Source of the DNA: Nemertoderma westbladi
Taxonomy: Eukaryota; Animalia; Xenacoelomorpha
NCBI GenBank assembly: GCA_032718475.1
Contig: JAUCBJ010007360.1
Span: forward strand, 1 to 53,003
Reading direction: 5' to 3'
Length of the DNA stretch: 53,003 bases
The stretch's first letter is position 1; each line of letters starts with the position of its first letter. This document shows positions 1 through 13,631 of the stretch, piece after piece. A program made the translations under genes and the position numbers. The notes beneath the pieces were generated by a model, which had not been told where the DNA came from, did not search any database, and saw nothing but the letters and a program-made list of their open reading frames with translations.

Positions 1-504
1 CAATAAAATTAAACCGTCGAACCCAATCTCCCGGGAATATCCAGCGGGTGAATGGTCGCGCACGGATTGGTTTCGACTAGTGTAGTGAATCAAATACTTG
101 TCATAGGCTAAAAAGCGATTTAATATCTAGAAGACATCTTAATTTGGCGGGTTAAACTGCCAAAGGTCTGAAAGCGCGAACACGGTCTGTTAAATATAGG
201 ATAGCGTAGAATCTCAAAATGTCCAAAATGTGATGAAAAAGAGAGGGATGTTATAAACGTCTGCCACAACATTTAAAAAATGTCCATGGTTTCAGTATTC
301 AAAACTTAGAATCGGCTGATTGAATTAATCGATACGCCTACTGACGCACAAACCGACAGTAAAACGGACAGACAGCCATATCTCCAGAGTAATCTATGTA
401 AGAGAAATAACTGGCCCACTAAATTTAGGGGCTTTGCAGCAGCTTGGCGGGTCGCATCTGTAGTTGGCCATGACGTTGTTGTAAAACTTGGCGTAAGCCA
501 GGCG

Positions 505-790
505 CCATGCAGTCTGTCTGTGACCGTTAATCGTAAGAATGTAATTTAAAGTGATAAATTAACATACAATGGTATCTATACTAAGGTTAGTTACTAATAA
601 TTGTTCAATAATAGGGCTTAATACTTGCCGCCTTTGATTCCCTTTGAGACTATATTGATTGCATAAGCTCTCTGCTGTCATAGTCAGCTACTTTCCTATC
701 GCCAGTAAATCCTACAGGCGTCTGCGGCGACAAAGAATGGAAGCTGTACCTCATCAAGTGTGGGTTGGATGTTTCCTTAACCTTTTGCGT
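505..790. repeat. Diverged dispersed duplicate, copy 1 (pairs with ~6543-6810)
   Basis: Co-linear blocks such as taagaatgtaatttaaagtgataa, taatacttgccgcctttgatt and aagtgtgggttggatgtttccttaa occur in both copies. Confidence 0.85.
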
Positions 791-929
791 ACTAAAGATA
801 AATTACATAAATTTTTATTTCCAATGACCAAGAAAATATATTTGATCGGACCAAGGTCTATTTTCTTGTCGCTCCCAGAGATTTTTATATAAAGAAAGAG
901 GATGACCAACGATGAGACCAAAGAGGATG

Positions 930-1462
930 TAGAGACATTACCCCACGCCCGGGTAGAGACGTGACCCCGCGCCCGGGAAGAGACGTGACCCCGTGCCCGT
1001 GTAGAGACGTGACAGATCACCCCGTGCCCATGTAGAAGCGTGACCCCGCGCACGTGTAGAGACGTGACCCCGCGCCCGGGTAGAGACGTGACCCCGTGCC
1101 CGTGTAGAGACGTGAAAGATCACCCCGTGCCCATGTAGAAGCGTGACCCCGCGCACGTGTAGAGACGTGACCCCGCGCCCGGGAAGAGACGTGACACCGT
1201 GCCCGTGTAGAGACGTGACAGATCACCCCGTACCCATGTAGAAGCGTGACCCCGAGCACGTGTAGAGACGTGACCCCGTGCCCGTGTAGAGACGTGACCC
1301 CGCGCCCGTTTAGAGACGTGACCCCGCACCCGAGTAGAGACGTGACAGATCACCCCGTGCCCATGTAGAAGCGTGACCCCGCGCACGTGTAGAGACGTGA
1401 CCCCGCGCCCGGGTAGAGACGTGATACATAACCCCGTGCCCATGTAGAAGCGTGACCCCGTG
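930..1462. repeat. GC/CpG-rich minisatellite (gtagagacgtgaccccgcgccc family, ~23 and ~31 bp subunits, ~103 bp higher-order unit)
   Basis: Tandem gtagagacgtgacccc / gtagaagcgtgacccc units; ORF-track starts recur every 103 bp (1053, 1156, 1259). Confidence 0.95.
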
Positions 1463-1479
1463 TGTTATAAATAGTATTA

Positions 1480-1836
1480 AATTTTATTAAAAAATAATTT
1501 CGAAAAGTTGTATGATACTTTTATACAAGGTGGCTATGTGGACACCCACAGAAAGTTTCAGACTAATTGCTCAAAAATTATAGAAGTAGTAGGGTTTTGA
1601 AGTTGACAATTTCATAAAAAAATACTTTGAGATAATCGACATTTCCTTATACATACTAATAGTAATTTCAATAGGAATCCCTAAATGGAAATTGTTATAA
1701 CTTGAAAACTAAAAGAGCTATTAAATAGCGGTTTTCAGATTTGGAAACACCATTCAATGGTGCATTATAATAGACCATAAAAAAATTCGACACATTTTTG
1801 ACCAAAATGGTGTACCCCCCCCCCCCCCCCCCTTAA
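1480..1836. mobile_element. Possible terminal fragment of a non-autonomous DNA transposon (TTAA-GGGG end, Kolobok-like)
   Basis: Ends ...aaaatggtgtac(c)n-ttaa; no partner TIR found. Confidence 0.25.
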
Positions 1837-2199
1837 TTATTAATAATTGTCTGAGAATTGTCTGTGTTGCAATGTAAGGCATTGATGCTACGCCTTGTTT
1901 TTATCCCCTTTTTATCCTATGAAAATGGTTTTATCATGAGGTTTTTTGTTATAGAATAAATATTTGACCTTCTGACTGTAAATACGGTAGCTAACAATTT
2001 TGTGTGTGAGCTAGTAGCCTACATGTTATTAGATTGTAAAAAAATTAAAATTATATTTTTCTCATCAATTAAATTTCTCTGAAATAATTTATGAAACATA
2101 GCTAGTAATTTGTATTTGATAATCAGGATAGCTATTAATTATTTGCTACTATAGCTAGTTTTTTTTATAATATAATTAATTAAACCAAAAATATTGGTA

Positions 2200-3330
2200 C
2201 AGTAAAAACAAGGTACAAAATTTCACATATGCATAATGGTATTACGAAGAGATTACCCACGATTAATTAAGATTGCTGTAATAATATAAACTTTTAGAGT
2301 TCGCTCTACACGATATGAGATGGTACTGCGACGCAGGCTCGCCACAGAGTCTACAACAGCAACTACTAGAGGCTTCGTGAAAACGCCCTGTCGAGCAAAT
2401 ATGGTGATGGTAACCGTGCATTGCTAAACGTGAGAGAATTTGTCGAGACTTTTGGTTCGAGTTCGCCCAACTTCGATCAGAGTGGAGTCCTAAAGACCAA
2501 AATTCACTTTGGATGTCATCGAGTTTTTCATTAATATTACTGTGTGATATTAAACTCTGTTGTGAGTGGAAGATTTAACTTGTCTACCAACTCCAGTGCC
2601 AACGGAGGTTCCTGAGCCAATGCGTAGACTAGGCGATTTTTACTAAATTTTGAAACTGATAGAGTCTTCTTCAGATAGACTGTTTTAATTTTATCTAAAG
2701 TTTCCATATCACTGGATTTCAGATGGGGCCATATTACTCGTAAACCATATGTTATGACCGGTACAATCTTCATAGAAAATAAGCGCATAGCTGTCGATAC
2801 TGACAATAAGTGCGGATCGTGTATGGAATGGATTGCTTTTAAACATTTACAAGTGATTCCAACACAATGTTTGGTAAACGATAGGGACGGTTGAAAAATC
2901 ATTCCAAGATACTTGTAGTTATTTACTATTTTTGACTAGTTTTCCATTTAAGTAAAATTTATCGTTTAGACACAACTTCCCACCTCGTCGAAACTTCATA
3001 ATAGCAGTTTTATCCAAATTAACTTCAAGACCATTTGCTTGTGTCCAATCCCAAAGGGCGTTTTAATGCGGCTTGAATTTCTTCTCTAGTATGGCCGTAA
3101 AATAAAAGGTCATCAGCAAACAGCAATATTACAACTTCGCCTATTTTCCGTACTGCTTCTCTAACAAAACCAAAAATATCAAAAATGTAAAATCACAAAC
3201 AATAAAGGACTGAGACATTCACCCTGTGCCAATCCCCGTATCTGTGCTATAATCTTAGATAACCGCAGTCCATCATAAATTCTAATAAAATTTGTTGACA
3301 AAATGGCTTTAATAATTCTGTAGAGGCTTC
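2200..3330 (-). pseudogene. 5'-truncated, degenerate non-LTR retrotransposon (LINE, CR1/L2 group-like) reverse transcriptase and C-terminus
   Basis: Minus-strand motifs GLAQGECLSPLL (~3205-3240), LLFADDL (~3108-3130), NYKYLGMIF (~2895-2920), ORF 2537-2902, and C-terminal HGYHHHIC...CRLCGEPASQYHLISC (~2310-2420), with stops and frameshifts. Confidence 0.85.
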
Positions 3331-3471
3331 CTTTAGTTTTTTTTTTACAAAATATACAGTAGGGATGGCTGTCAAAATACAGTTTGCGGCCTACTATTCA
3401 GAAATGTAAATTATATACTTTTTTTTATTTTAACAATTTTATTTAATACGGTTATAACGATGACGAGACGA

Positions 3472-6399
3472 TAGAGACATGATGCCGCGCCCGGGGTAGA
3501 GACGTGACACATCACCCCGTGCCCATGTAGAAGCGTGACCCCGCGCCCAGGTAGAGACGTGACACATCACCCCGTGCCCGTGTAGAAGCGTGACCCCGCG
3601 CCCGGGTAGAGACGTGACACATCACTCCGTGCCCATGTAGAAGCGTGACCCCGCGCCCGGGTAGAAACGTGACACATTACCTGGTGCCCGTGTAGAAGCG
3701 TGACCCCGCGCCCATGTAGAAGCGTGACCCAGCGCCCAGGTAGAGACGTGACACATCACCCCGTGCCCGTGTAGAAGCGTGACCCCGCGCCCGTGTAGAA
3801 GCGTGACCCAGCGCCCAGGTAGAGACGTGACACATCACCCCGTGCCCGTGTAGAAGCGTGACCCCGCGCCCGGGTAGAGTAGTGACACATCACCCCGTGC
3901 CCGTGTAGAAGCGTGATCCCACGCCCGGGTAGAGACGTGACACACACCCCATGCTCGTGTAGAAGCGTGACCCCGCGCCCGGGTAGTAGAGACGTGACAC
4001 ATCACCCCGTGCCCATGTAGAAGCGTGACCCCGCGCCCAGGTAGAGACGTGACACATCACCCCGTGCCCGTGTAGAAGTGTGACCCCGCGCCCGGGTAGA
4101 GACGTGACACATCACTCCGTGCCCATGTAGAAGCATGACCCCGCGCCCGGGTAGAAACGTGACACATCACCCTGTGCCCGTGTAGAAGCGTGACCCTGCG
4201 CCCGTGTAGAAGCATGACCCTGCGCCCGTGTAGAGACGTGACCCCGCGCCCGTGTAGAAGCATGACCCTGCGCCTGTGTAGAGACGTGACCCTCGCGCCT
4301 GGGTAGAGACGTGACACATCACCCAGTGCCCGTGTAGAAGCGTGACCCCACGCCCATGTAGAAGCGTGACCCTGCGCCCGTGTAGAGACGTGACCCCGCG
4401 CCCGTGTAGAAGCATGACCCTGCGCCTGTGTAGAGACGTGACCCTCGCGCCTGGGTAGAGACGTGACACATCACCCCGTGCCCGTGTAGAAGCATGACCC
4501 CACGCCCGTGTAGAAGCGTGACCCTGCGTCTGTGTAGAGACGTGACCCCGCGCCGAGGTAGAGACGTGACACATCACCCAGTGCCCGTCTAGAAGCGTGA
4601 CCCCGCGCCCATGTAGAAGCGTGAACCTGCGCCCGTGTAGAGACGTGACCCCGCGCCCGTGTAGAAGCATGACCCTGCGCCTGTGTAGAGACATGACCCA
4701 GCGCCCGGGTAGAGATGTGACACATCACCCCGTGCCCGTGTAGAAGCATAACCCTGCGCCCGTGTAGAGACGTGACCCGGCGCACAGGTAGAGACATGAC
4801 ATATCACCCCGTGCCCGTGTAGAAGCGTGACCCCGCGCCCGTGTAGAAGCGTGACCCTGCGCCCGTGTAGAGACGTGACCCGGCGCCCGGGTAGAGACGT
4901 GACACATCACCCAGTGCCCGTGTAGAAGCGTGACCCCGCGCCCATGTAGAAGCGTGACCCTGCGCCCGTGTAGAGACGTGACCCCGCGCCCGTGTAGAAA
5001 CATGACCCTGCGCCTGTGTAGAGACGTGACCCCGCGCCTGGGTAGAGACGTGACACATCACCTCGTGCCCGTGTAGAAGCGTGACCCCACGCCCGTGTAG
5101 AAGCGTGACCCTGCGCCTGTGTAGAGACGTGACCCCGCGCCCAGGTAGAGACGTGACACATCACCCTGTGCCTGTGTAGAGACGTGACCCCGCACCCGTG
5201 TAGAAGCGTGACCCTGCGCCCATGTAGAGACGTGACCCCGCACCCGGGTAGGAACGTGACACATCACCCCGTACCCGTGTAGAAGCGTGACCCCGCGCCC
5301 GGGTAGAGACATGACACATCACCCCGTGCCTGTGTAGAAGCGTGACCCCGTGCCCGTGTAGAGACGTGACCCGGCGCCCGGGTAGAGACGTGACACATTA
5401 CCCAGTGCCCGTGTAGAAGCGTGACCCCGCGCCCATGTAGAAGCGTGACCCTGCGCCCGTGTAGAGACGTGACCCCGCGCCCGTGTAGAAGCATGACCCT
5501 GCACCTGTGTAGAGACGTGACCCCGCGCCTGGGTAGAGACGTGACACATCACCTCGTGCCCGTGTAGAAGCGTGACCCCACGACCGTGTAGAAGCGTGAC
5601 CCTGCGCCCGTGTAGAGACGTGACCCCGCGCCCATGTAGAAACATGACCCTGCGCCTGTGTAGAGACGTGACCCCGCGCCTGGGTAGAGACGTGACACAT
5701 CACCTCGTGCCCGTGTAGAAGCGTGACCCCACGCCCGTGTAGAAGCGTGACCCTGCGCCTGTGTAGAGACGTGACCCCGCGCCCAGGTAGAGACGTGACA
5801 CATCACCCTGTGCCTGTGTAGAGACGTGACCCCACACCCGTGTAGAAGCGTGACCCTGTGCCCATGTAGAGACGTGACCCCGCACCCGGGTAGGGACGTG
5901 ACACATCACCCCATGCCCGTGTAGAAGCGTGACCCTGCGCCCGGGTAGAGACATGACACATCACCCCGTGCCTGTGTAGAAGCGTGACCCCGCGCCCGTG
6001 TAGAAGCTTGACCCTGCGCCCGTGTAGAGACATGACCCCGTGCCCGGGTAGAGACGTGACACATCACCCCGTGTAGAAGCGTGACCCCGCGCCCGTGTAG
6101 AGACGTGATCCCGCGCCCAGGTAGAGACGTGACACATCACCCCGTGCCCGTGTAGAAGCAGGACCCCGCGCCCGTGTAGAAGCGTGACCCCGCGCCCGTG
6201 TAGAGACATGATCCCGCGCCCGGGTAGAGACGTGACACATCACCCCGTGCCCGTGTAGAAGCGGGACCCTGCACCAGTGTTGAAGCGTGACCCCGCGCCC
6301 GTGTAGAAGCGTGACCCCACGCCCATGTAGAGACGTGACCCCGCGCTCGGGTAGAGACGTGACACATTACCCCGTGTAGAAGCGTGACCCCGCGCCCGG
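3472..6399. repeat. Large array of the same GC/CpG-rich minisatellite as 930-1462
   Basis: Tandem 23/31-bp subunits; internal 642-bp higher-order duplication (near-identical ORF translations starting at 5061/5703, 5164/5806, 5312/5954). Confidence 0.95.
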
Positions 6400-6542
6400 A
6401 TTTGGAGTGTTGTAATTTAGTAACCTTTAATTTTATTTTTCACTGTTCAAGTAAATTACATTGATGTAAAAATTAGCGACACCCCTGTCTGTAACTGGTA
6501 GGCAGGTGCCAGCAGTCTGTTGGTAACTGGAAGCCAGGCGGC

Positions 6543-6810
6543 AGCAGTCTTTCCGTGACAGTTAATCATAAGAATGTAATTTAAAGTGATAACTAACACA
6601 CAGTGGTATCTACACTAAGGTAGTTACTAATAATTGTTCTATAAAGGTCTTAATACTTGCCGCCTTTGATTGCCTTTATGAGACTTTATTGATTGCATCA
6701 GCTCTCTGCTCTCAGCTCTTTTCTTTTCGCCAGTAAATCCAACAGGCGTCTGCGACAAAGAAGGGAAGTTTTACCTTATAAAGTGTGGGTTGGATGTTTC
6801 CTTAAACCCC
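6543..6810. repeat. Diverged dispersed duplicate, copy 2 (pairs with ~505-790)
   Basis: Direct sequence similarity to 505-790. Confidence 0.85.
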
Positions 6811-7017
6811 GGTTTATACACTCAAAAAAATTAATTGTTCTCCAAACTGCCAAAAACATTATCAGTACGACAACATAATCTATTTAAAAAATAGAAGAAT
6901 ATATGAGAATATATAGAATATATGAAAATATATAGAATATATGAGAATATATAGAATACAGGAATTAACAATTATTTAATTAATTTAATTATTAGATTAA
7001 TTTAGAATAATTATACA

Positions 7018-8200
7018 ATATTAGCGACCTACATTATTAGTGGACCTTAGTAAACCTACATGATTTGCGAACCTACATTATTAGCGACCTACTTTATTAG
7101 TAAACCTACATGATTTGCGAACCTACATTATTAGCAAACCTACATGATTTGCGAACCTACATTATTAATGAACCTACATTATTAGCGACCTACATTATTT
7201 GTGAACCTACATGATTTGCGAACCTACATTATTAGTGAACCTACATTATTAGTAAACCTAAATGATTTGCGAACCTACATTATTAGCGACCAACATTATT
7301 AGTGGACCATAGTGAACCTACATGATTTGCGAACCTACATTATTAGCGACCTACATTATTAGTGAACCTACATGATTTGCGAACCTATATTATTAGTGAA
7401 CCTACATTATTAGTGAACCTACATTATTAGCGAACCTACATTATTAGTGAATCAACATTATTAGCGAACCTACTTTATTAGTGGACCTTAGTAAACCTAC
7501 ATTATTAGCGACCTACATTATTAGTGAACCTACATTATTAGCAAACCTACATTATTAGTGAACCTACATTATTAGCGAACCTATATTATTAGCAAACCTA
7601 CATTATTAGTGAACCTACATTATTTGCAAACCTATATTATTAGTGAACCTACATTATTAGTGAACCTACATTATTAGCGAACCTACATTTTTAATGAACC
7701 TACATCATTAGTGGACCTTAGTGAACCTACATGATTTGCGAACCTACATTATTAGCGACCTACATTATTAGTAAACCTACATTATTAGTGAACCTACATT
7801 ATTAGTGAACCCACATTATTAGTGAACCTACATTATTTGTGAACCTACATTATTAGTGAACCTACATCATTAGCGAACCTACGTAATTAGCTAACCTACA
7901 TCATTAGCGAACCTACATTATTTGAGAACCTACGTAATTAGCAAACCTACATCATTAGCAAACCTACGTAATTAGCAAACCTACATCATTTGCGAACCTA
8001 CATTATTAGCGAACCTACATTATTAGTGGACCTTAGTGAACCTACATGATTTGCGAACCTACATTATTAGCGACCTACATTATTAGTGAACCTACATGAT
8101 TTGCGAACCTACATTATTAGTGAATCTACATTATTAGCGAACCTACATTATTAGTGAACCTACATTATTACTGAACCTACGTAATTAGCTAACCTACATC
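7018..8200. repeat. AT-rich 17-bp minisatellite (gaacctacattattagt)
   Basis: Many tandem aacctacattattag units with variants; short (gaatatat) repeat precedes it at ~6895-6960. Confidence 0.95.
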
Positions 8201-8292
8201 TTTCAATTTACATTTCTTTAATTTCAATTTACAATTGACAATCTTTAAATCAATCATAGGCCTACTGTATATCTGTATAATATTAAATAATA

Positions 8293-8895
8293 ATTTTTTT
8301 TTTACTCAAAAGTCTCCGTATATTATGATATAAAGAAACAATAATTCAAATATAAAAACGCACATAAACAAGTACAAAAATAACCCACCACCAGCTGATT
8401 CAAACTGTTACCTAGCAACAATACAAATTGGTTCAGTTCACCAGTCTGCCACTACTGCCGGTACCCAACAAAACCCGCCAGACCTCTAACATCTAAGATC
8501 TAAGCCGTCCCGGGGTCCGAGTCCGCGTTCGCCCCCACAATGGACGCGTCCACCACCGCTGGCCGCACCGGTCTTCTAGCGGCCGACCGGAACCCACGGA
8601 GGCACATCAGGGACGACCGGAGTAAGGCGAAGTTGATGCGTCGCCGCACCCACGCTACCGACTCCGGGTAGGGAACCTGTCGTTTCTCCGACAACGCCAG
8701 CCGCTTAACAATCTGCTTCGCAGCCGGCGCCATGCCCCCGAACGCGGAAAATATGAGGGGGGTGAAGGTTGAGTGCTCAACCTCACTGATCTGCTCGTCA
8801 TATCTCCGGATCTTCCTCGCCTCGTGATGGAGGTGGGCGGCGTCCAGCGACATCGTTGCGTTGGTGTCCGCCAGCGGGTTGAACACCGACACCTT
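8293..8895 (-). mobile_element. 3' end of a CRE-type (restriction-like endonuclease) non-LTR retrotransposon
   Basis: GC-rich island translating as VFNP...EARKIRRY...FTPLIFSAFGGM...KRLA...WVRRRINFALLRSSLMCLRG, stop at 8500, then a 3' UTR and an A-tract on the minus strand at ~8293-8303; the first ~28 aa of the track ORF are flanking DNA. Confidence 0.7.
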
Positions 8896-8951
8896 TAATT
8901 TTATTATTATATTTTCACTGTTCAAGTAGGATATAGTAGGATATTGTTCTA

Positions 8952-9746
8952 CAGGTGCACAAAAGTTGCTAAATGGCAAAAAAAATAAGGCAAAAAAAAT
9001 TATTTAAATTTCGTCTATATCTTCACGGATCCCAAGAGGGTTAAATTTTGAGCCGTCGCGATGCACCATAATGAGATATATAACAATATAAACACATTGA
9101 TGAAAGATCAATGACTCAAAGAAAGAACTTCCTGCATGCATCAAATGTGATCAAATGGGTCCAAACTTAGTTAGATGGTTGGGACTAAGGGAAGTAGTGC
9201 CACAGGCACATGGCCAGAACCTACCCTTTGGCACAAGTGACTCTTATTCTCAATTTTGGTGATGGACAACTTTTAGGCTATAAAAAGGCTGTAATGTAGA
9301 CTTGTGTCTGACTTCACATTTTCTGCGATATCTCAAGAACTATTCGCTCTACGTTTGTTTTGATGGTGTCTACCCCCACTAAGTCGGTCATTGCGGTTAT
9401 CATGAGCATAATATTAATGCCGTAGGAGAACTCAAAGTTGGCCATCGCGAAAATTGAAGTCTAGTGAAATCTAGTGGCACTAGTTCCATTGATCCAAAAA
9501 TTTAAATTTTGGTATCTAACTACTGTAGGTTTGGACCAATTTTTTTAAGACATTTGATGCAGGGAGGAAGTTCTTTCTTGAGTCTTTGATCTTTCATCAA
9601 TGTGTTATATTTTTATATATCTCATTAGGGTGCATCGCGACGGTTCAAAATTTCAACCCTCTTGGGATCTGTGAAGATATAGAGGAAATTCAAAGAATTT
9701 TTTTTTGCGTTATTTTTTTTACCATTTGGCAACTTTTGTGCACCGG
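8952..9746. mobile_element. Tc1/mariner-type MITE with ~200-bp terminal inverted repeats
   Basis: TA-caggtgcacaaaagttgc...gcatcaaatgt (8952-~9148) is the imperfect reverse complement of acatttgatgc...gcaacttttgtgcaccgg-TA (~9550-9746); TA on both flanks. Confidence 0.9.
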
Positions 9747-9959
9747 TAGAAAAATGAAATCGAAAAAAAGTAAAAAACGCACCGCCCTAGAAATCATTTT
9801 TTAATTTTTTTTGGCCAGACGAATCCAAGTAGGGTTAGAAGTTTAGACCAATAGTGCCGGAATAGATTTAAGACATTTCTTGTCTGAGATTTTATATTCC
9901 CTATTTGAGGCCGAATTAAATTTAAAAAAACTATTATTATCTCTGCTACTGTAGTTCTA

Positions 9960-12900
9960 CAGTCCAGCTCACCAACAGAGTGCCATCGGATCCGATCTGA
10001 ACCGATCGGATCCAACAGCTTCAAACACTTTCAGACAAACTCCAACAGTCCAACAACTTCAAACAGATTCAGACAGTTTCAAACAGATTCAAACAGTTTC
10101 AAACAGAATCAGACAACTTCCAACAACCTGTCAATCACTCCACCCACACTCAACCGCAACCCCAACTCAACTCCCCTTGTGCGCAGATAGAATGAAAGCC
10201 TTTGAAACTACTAAAGGAACTCCATTCATAAAGCCTCAATAACGACAGAGTGGACTGGCCACTGGCGGCGCCCTTGAACATTCACACTGTAACTTAAGCT
10301 GACCTGAAGGAACAGCCCATTAGTGTGGTCGGTATTTCTCTTTATTCCTGCCGCTATCTTTGAATAACACAATAGCAGAAAGCTAACCAGTGGTCTACCC
10401 CCAATACAAGAAAGACAAGTTGGCTACCATTGAAATGAATGGGGAATGGAATTCTGTGTTCACATACTTATGTTGCTTTGGGTTGGTCTAGAGCCATACA
10501 ATAGAGCTTTACGGAAATACACTTCCAAAGAGCCAAGCAGTGGCGGTATAGGTCCAAAATGCCCATGTAGAATTTCTTCGAATAAGGCTCAATTTCTTTA
10601 AGTTACATTAATTAAAAATACTGATAAATATATTTTGCTTTCCGCAGGAGGGACAGTATCCCCCTCTACAGTTATTATAGTGTACGTACATGTGTTAGTT
10701 ATATCGTTGCGTTTATTTATATTTATACAGGTTTGGATATGATCTCTACTACTGTAGTTTGATTTTTGTTTTGTCAATTAATTAATTGTGCGGTTAATTT
10801 GTCAATCACAGCCTTAATTGGCTACATTGCTTATTGTATGAATGAATATAATTAGTTATTAAGACATTATTTTAATTAGTATCTGGTGTGATTAGGTCTA
10901 CCTTTTACATAACAACAGTACGTCAATGGCGGATATACTACAGCTACTACTACTAAGTCGAGCGAACTCGGACAGTGGAAATGAGATTCTTCCAGGCTTC
11001 CCGATTCTCCATAGTTGTCGCAATTTCGTTTCTCCCAAGTTCAGAGATGGCGGATATACATTACATCATAATAGGCTCATTCCATGCAAATGTCAACCGC
11101 AGTGCCAATTTTGAAAAAAGTGAATTATTGCTTCTCATATCAATTTTCAGAACCAATATATGATGCGGTTTACGAATTTAATACAAAAAAGGTAGGCCTA
11201 AGGCTTAGGCTAAGGCCACCAACAAATGATACAAACAAATTTGCTATCGCCATGCCTACACTTCTGTTTTACTTACAGTATTAGGCACTATAATATGTTA
11301 ACCTCTATTTGTTTTTCTACTCCATTGGGGGGTATTCGTACATTGTCAGTGGTGGATGGCAGAACAGAACAATGATTTTGCGCCATTCTTTTCATGCTGG
11401 GACCGACTTTGAGAAAGGACAATGACAAACTTTGTTTGAAACTTTGTTACGTTATTTATCGCAATATTGGAATGCTAGAATGGCATATTAAAGCCCGTAC
11501 AGCCTTATGTTGGAGGCCTATTAATTATATCTATAATCCCCCCCCCCCCCCACCCCCACCCGCCTCTTCACAACTGTGCAATGTGCTGTGCACTGTACTA
11601 AAGGCCGGACCTCCAGTGGAATTGTATGCTTTAAATACTTGAACATTTACTTGACAGGCAGTCACATGTAAACATGTACACAGTACTGTAGTAAGGAGCT
11701 TTACAGGACCAACTACTGTAAGTTTGGTAGGTTAGGTTTAGTATTTTGGTTAGGGTTAGTTGCATGGTCATTAATCTTTAAGTTCAAATTATATGTAGCA
11801 ATCTCACTGAAAAGTTTATAATTATCACTTATTTAGTCGGAATAATGTAATAATTAACGATTTAATGTGTTTATAAATGATAAAATCGCACGTGTCCCGC
11901 ACTTTACAATGAAATGTCCCACACTTTACATGACTTTGCTGCACTTAAACTACTCCCCTGTTTCATTGAAGTTACCTACCAGCTTACTAAAGGCTAATCT
12001 ATTTTCCCTACATATCTCGGAACATCATGAAACAAAACATTTCCCACTAACTTTACCCAATTCGACAGTTGAGTATTTCACTTTCGTACGCGTCCCGCAC
12101 TTTACAATTTTTTGAAGCAATAATTCTGAGACATAAACTGCTGCAGGTTTTCCAAAGTGCTTTTTTATACAGAACCGATAATTGGTTTTTCTAAGAAACA
12201 CAAGCATTATAATATTGTAGTTCATTTTCATGATGTACAGTACTAAAGTCTGCACAAAACGTCGTACGAATGTCCCGCACTTTACATGGAATGAGCCAAT
12301 ATGGCATGGCAGTCACGTGAAAACAAGGGCCTTCACATTCCCAATTCTCTATCTAATCTATTATGGTTGTGCGTAATGCTCAATACTACTTTATGATATT
12401 AATTCATTCACGTTTAACATTAACAGCCACGTTTCATCACCCCCCCCCCCCCCCCCCCCTTCCAATGTGACAAACTATCACGATATGTTGGCGTTGGGCC
12501 CCGTCCCTACGTCCACCCTCCCTTGTGAAGGGCTAGGGGGGACTTTCGACCCATCATTACTAAAGGGTAGTGATAATATTCAAAGGATATGGAGTTCCGT
12601 TTCGAAGTTCGCCTTGCAGAGACTAAAGTTGCAATAACTTTTGAGTGTTTGAATGTAATTTACTCAACTAGGGTAGGTGCGCGAAAAAGTAGTTGGGCTA
12701 GAAGTATTACGTGCAAACCTTTTCATTTCGATGCTCTTTCAACACAACTAATAAAATTAACCAAAAATATTTTTTTCACTCATTGTAATTATATTTACTG
12801 TTTACTTAATCTGTTTGTGTTTATATCTGTTTATGTGTAGTATTTAGTGCCCTACGTCAAAGAAACTAATATAATTATAGCATTATTTACATTTCTAATT

Positions 12901-13322
12901 AAATTAAGGAATTAAAAACGTGTTGGTGTTATTATATTCATTTATCGGAATTTATATGATAGGAATTTATTATTCGTTTATGCATTCTAGTTAATTAATT
13001 GATATAATTAACGACATAATTATGTAAATAAAAATTGTTAAATGAAACAAATCTTTGTTTCGGTTTATAATTGAGAATAGCACACCCTCACAATCACTTC
13101 AAATTGAGAGTAAAAGTGATTGACATTTTGTTAATGAACTACGCTTTTATAAGGCATTGGCAAATTCCAACAAATTCCGATGGCGTCAAACATCTTCAGA
13201 CAACTTCAAACAGTTTCAGACAATTTCAAACAGCTTCAGACAACTTCAGACAACTTCAAACAACTTCAGATAGGTGTTGGATCCGATTGGAGCCGATGGC
13301 ACTCTGTTGGTGAGCGGGACTG
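9960..13322. mobile_element. Non-autonomous TIR DNA transposon (TA TSD, CAGT termini; Tc1/mariner-like)
   Basis: TA-cagtccagctcaccaacagagtgccatcgg... versus ...ccgatggcactctgttggtgagcgggactg-TA; 10-bp caacttcaRa-type repeats next to both ends; no transposase ORF. Confidence 0.8.
11074..12297. mobile_element. Nested TIR element with 4-bp TSD (AATA); superfamily uncertain, possibly Sola-like
   Basis: aata-ggctcattccatgcaaa ... tttacatggaatgagcc-aata; subterminal gtcccgcactttaca motif four times at 11894-12286. Confidence 0.7.
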
Positions 13323-13631
13323 TAGATATAGAGTTGTTTATTGATTATTAGCCTAATAAACATTTGTACCAAATACGGTATGTAACTAATAAATAAACGA
13401 TACCTTAATTAACGATCAATATTAGACTAATATCAGACGCACGGCGCACATCGGATATCAGATTCAGACCATCTGAAGTCTGATTCCGTATGTAACGATG
13501 CACAATGCTCTTCAGATTCAGAGTTAAAAATCTGACACCTCTGACAGTCCAGATAGTTTATACTCAAACAGACCATTGTATCAGATGTGAGGCACCTAGG
13601 AACGCTGTTTATATACAGTATCCCTGTCATA

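Noticed and set aside
754-6367. Many H/R/G-rich minus-strand ORFs (GHVSTRAR repeats)
   Set aside because: They are translations of the minisatellite in all three frames, with no frame preserved
10926-13313. Short ORFs as a transposase
   Set aside because: All are under 90 aa with no DDE or HTH motifs
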